A stretch of 11,404 nucleotides of DNA from Armatimonadota bacterium (GTDB lineage: Bacteria; Sysuimicrobiota; Sysuimicrobiia; Sysuimicrobiales; Humicultoraceae), in NCBI GenBank assembly GCA_052386995.1, contig JBQTJP010000234.1, positions 1-11,404 on the forward strand, read 5' to 3'. Made by a program: the position numbers and the translations under genes. Below, piece after piece: positions 7,830 through 11,404 of this stretch; the first letter of the stretch is position 1; each line of letters opens with the position of its first letter. Under the pieces are notes generated by a model. That model saw nothing but the letters and a program-made list of their open reading frames with translations. It did no database searches and had not been told where the DNA came from.

Positions 7830-8789
7830 GTGACATCCGGCCGGGCAACCTCCAGCGACGCCCACATCCCCGCGGCCGCCGACCGGGAGCCCGCCGCCGG
7901 CCCTACCACGATGCGGCCCTGGCGCGCGTGGATGCTGGCCGCGCGCGTGCCCACGCTCTCGGCCGCGGTTGCGCCGGTGCTCGTCGGGACCGCCGCGGCG
8001 GCCGGCACGGGCCGGTTCCACCTTCTTCCATTCCTGGCGGCGCTCGTCGCCGCCGTCTGCACTCAAGTGGCCACGAACTTTGCGAACGACGCGAATGACT
8101 TTCTGCGGGGCGCGGACACCTCGCGCCGACTCGGCCCGCAGCGTGTCACGCAGAGCGGGCTCCTCACCCCGCGGCAGGTGCTGACCGGCGCCTACCTGGC
8201 CATCGGGTTCGCCTGCGCCGCGGGCGCATATCTGGTCGCGTTGCGCGGTTGGCCGGTGCTGGTGATCGGCGCGCTCTCCATCGCGTCGGGCCTCGCGTAC
8301 ACCGGCGGCCCCTGGCCGCTGGGCTATCACGGCCTGGGCGAGGTGTTCGTCTTCATCTTCTTTGGAATTGTCGCCGTGACCGGAAGCGCGTACGTACAGA
8401 CCGGAGGCCTGAGCGACGTCGCGCTCGCCGCGTCCGTGCCGGTGGGCCTGCTGGTGACGGCTATTCTCGTCCTCAACAATCTGCGCGACATTGAGACGGA
8501 CCGCGCCGCCGGCAAGCACACGCTGCCGGTTCGCATCGGCCCGCGCGCCACCCGCGTGCTCTACGTCCTCTGTCTGGCGGGGGCGGCCGCCGGCCCAGGG
8601 ATCATGCGTGCCGCCGGGCTGATCGGACCGTGGTTCTGGTTGCCCTGGCTCACCGCGCCTCTGCTCGTCTCGCTCGTGCGCACCGCGCTTGGGGACGCCG
8701 GTGCCGCGTCGCTGAACAGCACCCTCCGGAAGACCTCGCTGGCACACCTGCTGTTCGGAATGTTGTTCGCGGCGAGCCTGTTGTGGTGA
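7830..8789 (+). CDS. menA: 1,4-dihydroxy-2-naphthoate polyprenyltransferase, UbiA family (about 319 aa; alternative ATG at 7911)
   Basis: Motifs W..AARVPTLSAAVAPVLVG, NFANDAND..RGAD..RRLGPQR, YTGGP.PLGYHGLGE and NNLRDIETD..AGKHTL, with multiple TM helices. AGGAG RBS precedes GTG 7830. Confidence 0.94.
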   Translation: MTSGRATSSDAHIPAAADREPAAGPTTMRPWRAWMLAARVPTLSAAVAPVLVGTAAAAGTGRFHLLPFLAALVAAVCTQVATNFANDANDFLRGADTSRRLGPQRVTQSGLLTPRQVLTGAYLAIGFACAAGAYLVALRGWPVLVIGALSIASGLAYTGGPWPLGYHGLGEVFVFIFFGIVAVTGSAYVQTGGLSDVALAASVPVGLLVTAILVLNNLRDIETDRAAGKHTLPVRIGPRATRVLYVLCLAGAAAGPGIMRAAGLIGPWFWLPWLTAPLLVSLVRTALGDAGAASLNSTLRKTSLAHLLFGMLFAASLLW

Positions 8790-11005
8790 CGTCCGCCGTC
8801 CAGATGACGGATTGGCTTCGCGCCCGGGCCCGGCTTGCGCCGGATCGCCTGGCGGTGCGCACCCCGACAGTGCACCTGTCGTTCGGCGACCTCGACCGCA
8901 GGGCCGAGGGCACCGCGCGGAAGCTGGCGGCGCTCGGTGTGCACGCGGGCACTCGCGTTGCGCTGCTGCTGCGCAACGGCGCGGACTTTGCCGTGCTGAC
9001 CCACGCGCTCCCGAGGCTGGGCGCGGTGATGGTGCCGCTAAACGTTCGCCTGGCGGCGCCGGAGCTTGCCTGGCAGCTCGGAGACTCACGCGCGGCCCTC
9101 CTCATCAGCGAGCCCGCGCTGGCTCTGCAGGCGGCCGCGGCCGCGCACAATCGCGCCGATGTCCGATCTCTCGACACCGAGGATCTCCACGGCGCGCCTG
9201 AGGCCGATGTGCCGCTGCGCGACCGCGTGGATCTTGCGGCCGTTCAAGGGATCATTTATACGTCGGCGACCACAGGGCGGCCCAAGGGCGTGATGCTCAC
9301 GTTCGGGAACCACTGGTGGAACGCTATCGGCTCGGCGTTGCACCTCGGCCTCCATGACGACGACCGCTGGCTGGACATTCTCCCGCTCTATCATGTGGGT
9401 GGGCTGGCGATCCTGTGGCGGAGCGTCATCTACGGGGTCCCGGTGGTCATCCCTGAGTCGTTCGATCCCCACGCGGCAAACCGCGAGATCGATGAGGGGC
9501 GCGTGACGCTGGTCTCGGTCGTGAGCACCATGCTCCAGCGGATGCTCGACGCCCGCGCGCACCGCCCGTATCCGCCGTCCCTACGATGCATCCTGCTCGG
9601 CGGCGGTCCGGCGCCGCGAGATCTGATCGAGACCTGCACGCGGCTGGGCGTACCTGTGGCGCCGACCTATGGTCTGACCGAGGCCGCGTCCCAGGTCGCG
9701 ACGCTGCACCCTTCGGACCTCGCGCGTAAGCCGGGGTCTGCCGGCCGGGCCCTGTTTCCGACGGAGGTGCGCATCGAGGCCGGCGAGATCCTGGTCCGCG
9801 GTCCCAGCGTCATGGCGGGATATGCCGATCGACCGGAAGAGACGGCACTCGCGCTGCGCGATGGCTGGCTGCACACGGGCGATCTCGGTATCGTCGACGA
9901 CGACGGGTATCTATACGTGCAGGATCGCAGGGATGACCTCATCGTCACCGGCGGCGAGAACGTGTATCCGAGCGAAGTCGAAGCGGTCCTGCGCGAGTAT
10001 CCGGCCATCGAAGACGCGGGCGTGGTCGGGGTCCCCGACCCGGCCTGGGGGCAGGTGGTGGCGGCGGCGGTCGTGGCGCGCCCGGGCGCGCGGGTCGGCG
10101 AGGACGACGTGAAGGCATTCTGTCAGGCGCGTCTGGCTCGCTTCAAAGTGCCCGCACGGCTATGGGTGGTCGGTGCGCTGCCGCGATCGCCCGGGGGGAA
10201 GGTGCTTCGGCGCATGGTGCGGGAGCAGGTGATCGCGCGCGATGGCTCGAGGGGACACGAACCAATTCTCTCCGCGGCGCCTGCCATCCGGCGGGCGTGG
10301 GTGCGTGACGCCTTCCATGCCATCGCCGGGCGGTATGATCTGCTCAACCACGTTTTGAGCGGCGGCATCCACGTTCTCTGGAAACGCGCAGCCGTGCGGG
10401 CGGCCGGTCTCCGGCCCGGTGACACCGCGCTGGACGTCTGCTGCGGGACGGGGGACATGCTCCTCGGTCTCGCGCGCGCTGTCGGACGGAGTGGTCACGC
10501 GATCGGTATTGATTTCGCGCCGGGCATGCTCGCCGGGGCTGCGCGGCGGCTCGACCGTAAGCGGCCGGGCGCGCACGTCGGTCTGATCTGCGCCGATGCG
10601 GAGGCGCTGCCGCTTCCGGCGGAGTCGCTCGATGGGGCGACGTTCGCGTTTGGCCTGCGAAACGTGGCCAGGCCTCCCCGAGCGCTCGCGGAAGTCTACA
10701 GGGTCTTGCGCCCCCGGGGGCGCCTGGTCGTGCTCGAGTTCGGACAGCCTCGCTCCACGGTGCTCCGCGCGCTATACGATCTCTATTCGCGCACGATCAT
10801 CCCGCTGCTGGGTGGGTGGCTGTCGGGACGGCGGGACGCGTACCAGTATCTCCATGACTCGATCCGCCGGTGGACGGATCCCCCGGCTCTCGCCGCCCTC
10901 ATGCGGCAGGCCGGCTTCGAAGAAGTGCGGTACCGCCCGGTCACCGGAGGCATCGCGGTGCTGCATGTGGCCGTGAAGGGCAACAATGAAGGAGGGGCGC
11001 GATGA
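8786..11005 (+). CDS. menE: In-frame fusion of o-succinylbenzoate-CoA ligase MenE (N-terminal, to about 10228) and demethylmenaquinone methyltransferase MenG/UbiE (C-terminal); about 739 aa
   Basis: ANL motifs YTSATTGRPKG, LPLYHVGGL, LLGGG, TYGLTEAASQ, WLHTGDLG, DRRDDLIVTGGENVYPSEVE and GKVLRR. Then, with no stop codon, RYDLLNHVLSGG, LDVCCGTGD, GIDF, DAEALP, FGLRNV and YQYLHDSI. Start is GTG 8786 (GTGA overlap with menA) or ATG 8804. Confidence 0.9.
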   Translation: MTSAVQMTDWLRARARLAPDRLAVRTPTVHLSFGDLDRRAEGTARKLAALGVHAGTRVALLLRNGADFAVLTHALPRLGAVMVPLNVRLAAPELAWQLGDSRAALLISEPALALQAAAAAHNRADVRSLDTEDLHGAPEADVPLRDRVDLAAVQGIIYTSATTGRPKGVMLTFGNHWWNAIGSALHLGLHDDDRWLDILPLYHVGGLAILWRSVIYGVPVVIPESFDPHAANREIDEGRVTLVSVVSTMLQRMLDARAHRPYPPSLRCILLGGGPAPRDLIETCTRLGVPVAPTYGLTEAASQVATLHPSDLARKPGSAGRALFPTEVRIEAGEILVRGPSVMAGYADRPEETALALRDGWLHTGDLGIVDDDGYLYVQDRRDDLIVTGGENVYPSEVEAVLREYPAIEDAGVVGVPDPAWGQVVAAAVVARPGARVGEDDVKAFCQARLARFKVPARLWVVGALPRSPGGKVLRRMVREQVIARDGSRGHEPILSAAPAIRRAWVRDAFHAIAGRYDLLNHVLSGGIHVLWKRAAVRAAGLRPGDTALDVCCGTGDMLLGLARAVGRSGHAIGIDFAPGMLAGAARRLDRKRPGAHVGLICADAEALPLPAESLDGATFAFGLRNVARPPRALAEVYRVLRPRGRLVVLEFGQPRSTVLRALYDLYSRTIIPLLGGWLSGRRDAYQYLHDSIRRWTDPPALAALMRQAGFEEVRYRPVTGGIAVLHVAVKGNNEGGAR
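10229..11005 (+). other. menG: MenG/UbiE class I SAM-dependent methyltransferase domain of the fused ORF
   Basis: UbiE/COQ5 signature V...F..IA.RYD..N..LS.G.H..WK, SAM-binding DVCCGTGD, FGLRNV and RVLRPRG.L..LEF. Confidence 0.9.
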
Positions 11006-11404
11006 ACGAGAGAGTACTGGGGCGGCTGCTCGGTATCGCCGGGTCGATCGCGATCATCACGGTCGCAGCGCCATATCGATCCGCGGGCCAGGAGACCACC
11101 CGACCCGAGCCACCGGCGGCGGCCGCCAGGGTGGCGATCACAGACCTGGTCATGGATCCCTCGCCGGTGGAAAGGAGCGGGACCGCGGCGCGGTTCAGCG
11201 TAGCGGTGCACAGTGACTACCCCGCGCCTGCCCAAATCATCGTCAGCGTGCGAGGCCTGCCCATCGGTCCCAGCCCCATGGGAACGGCGAGAACCGTGGC
11301 GCGAGGAGACACCCTCGTGCGCATTCCCGGCCAGCGCACGGTGTCCGTCGCCGGCCCCGAGCCGCAGCAGCGGTGTATCGTCGTGGAGGGCCGGGTCAAT
11401 GAAA
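11002..11404 (+). CDS. Hypothetical exported or membrane-anchored protein, 5' part only (runs off the window)
   Basis: Absent from the ORF track because it has no stop in the window. ATG at 11002 overlaps the menE-menG TGA (ATGA) and follows AAGGAGGGG. Hand translation is open to the window end: MNERVLGRLLGIAGSIAIITVAAPYRSAGQETTRPEPPAAAARVAITDLVMDPSPVERSGTAARFSVAVHSDYPAPAQIIVSVRG... This is a signal-peptide-like N-terminus, a Pro/Ala linker and beta-strand-like segments. Confidence 0.7.
   Translation, partial: MNERVLGRLLGIAGSIAIITVAAPYRSAGQETTRPEPPAAAARVAITDLVMDPSPVERSGTAARFSVAVHSDYPAPAQIIVSVRGLPIGPSPMGTARTVARGDTLVRIPGQRTVSVAGPEPQQRCIVVEGRVNE

Noticed and set aside
6938..9089. 374-aa and 472-aa minus-strand ORFs antisense to menB/menA/menE
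   Set aside because: No recognisable domains or RBS. Explained by stop-codon scarcity opposite GC-biased genes.
10193..10198. G6 homopolymer near the MenE/MenG junction as the cause of the fusion or a phase-variation tract
   Set aside because: The conserved ANL terminal motif GKVLRR is in frame only with six Gs. Changing the run would remove the catalytic Lys.
1..11404. CRISPR arrays, tRNA/rRNA, IS elements, integrases or att sites
   Set aside because: No regularly spaced repeats, RNA-gene signatures, transposase/recombinase motifs or flanking direct repeats were seen. The window is almost fully coding.

Overview
This is a GC-rich bacterial window with three blocks. (1) 1-1386 (+): a YefM/YoeB type II toxin-antitoxin pair with a TGTACA operator core, translationally coupled to an inositol-monophosphatase (SuhB-like) gene. 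(2) 1398-2951 (-): a two-gene unit of unknown function. The first gene is a 128-aa protein that begins like a TIR domain but appears to lack almost all of it (in-frame internal deletion). The second is a 385-aa membrane protein with a long helical loop. (3) 3024-11404 (+): a sigma70-type promoter and a perfect 16-bp palindrome precede a TetR regulator and a classical (OSB-pathway) menaquinone operon, tetR-menF-menD-menB-menA-[menE::menG], followed by a coupled, probably exported protein that runs off the window. menH, menC and menI are not in the window. The most notable items are the in-frame MenE-MenG fusion (one base away from two separate GTGA-coupled genes), the apparent dedicated TetR control of the men operon, and the TIR-remnant/membrane-protein pair. 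All calls come from motif recognition by eye; no database searches were run.
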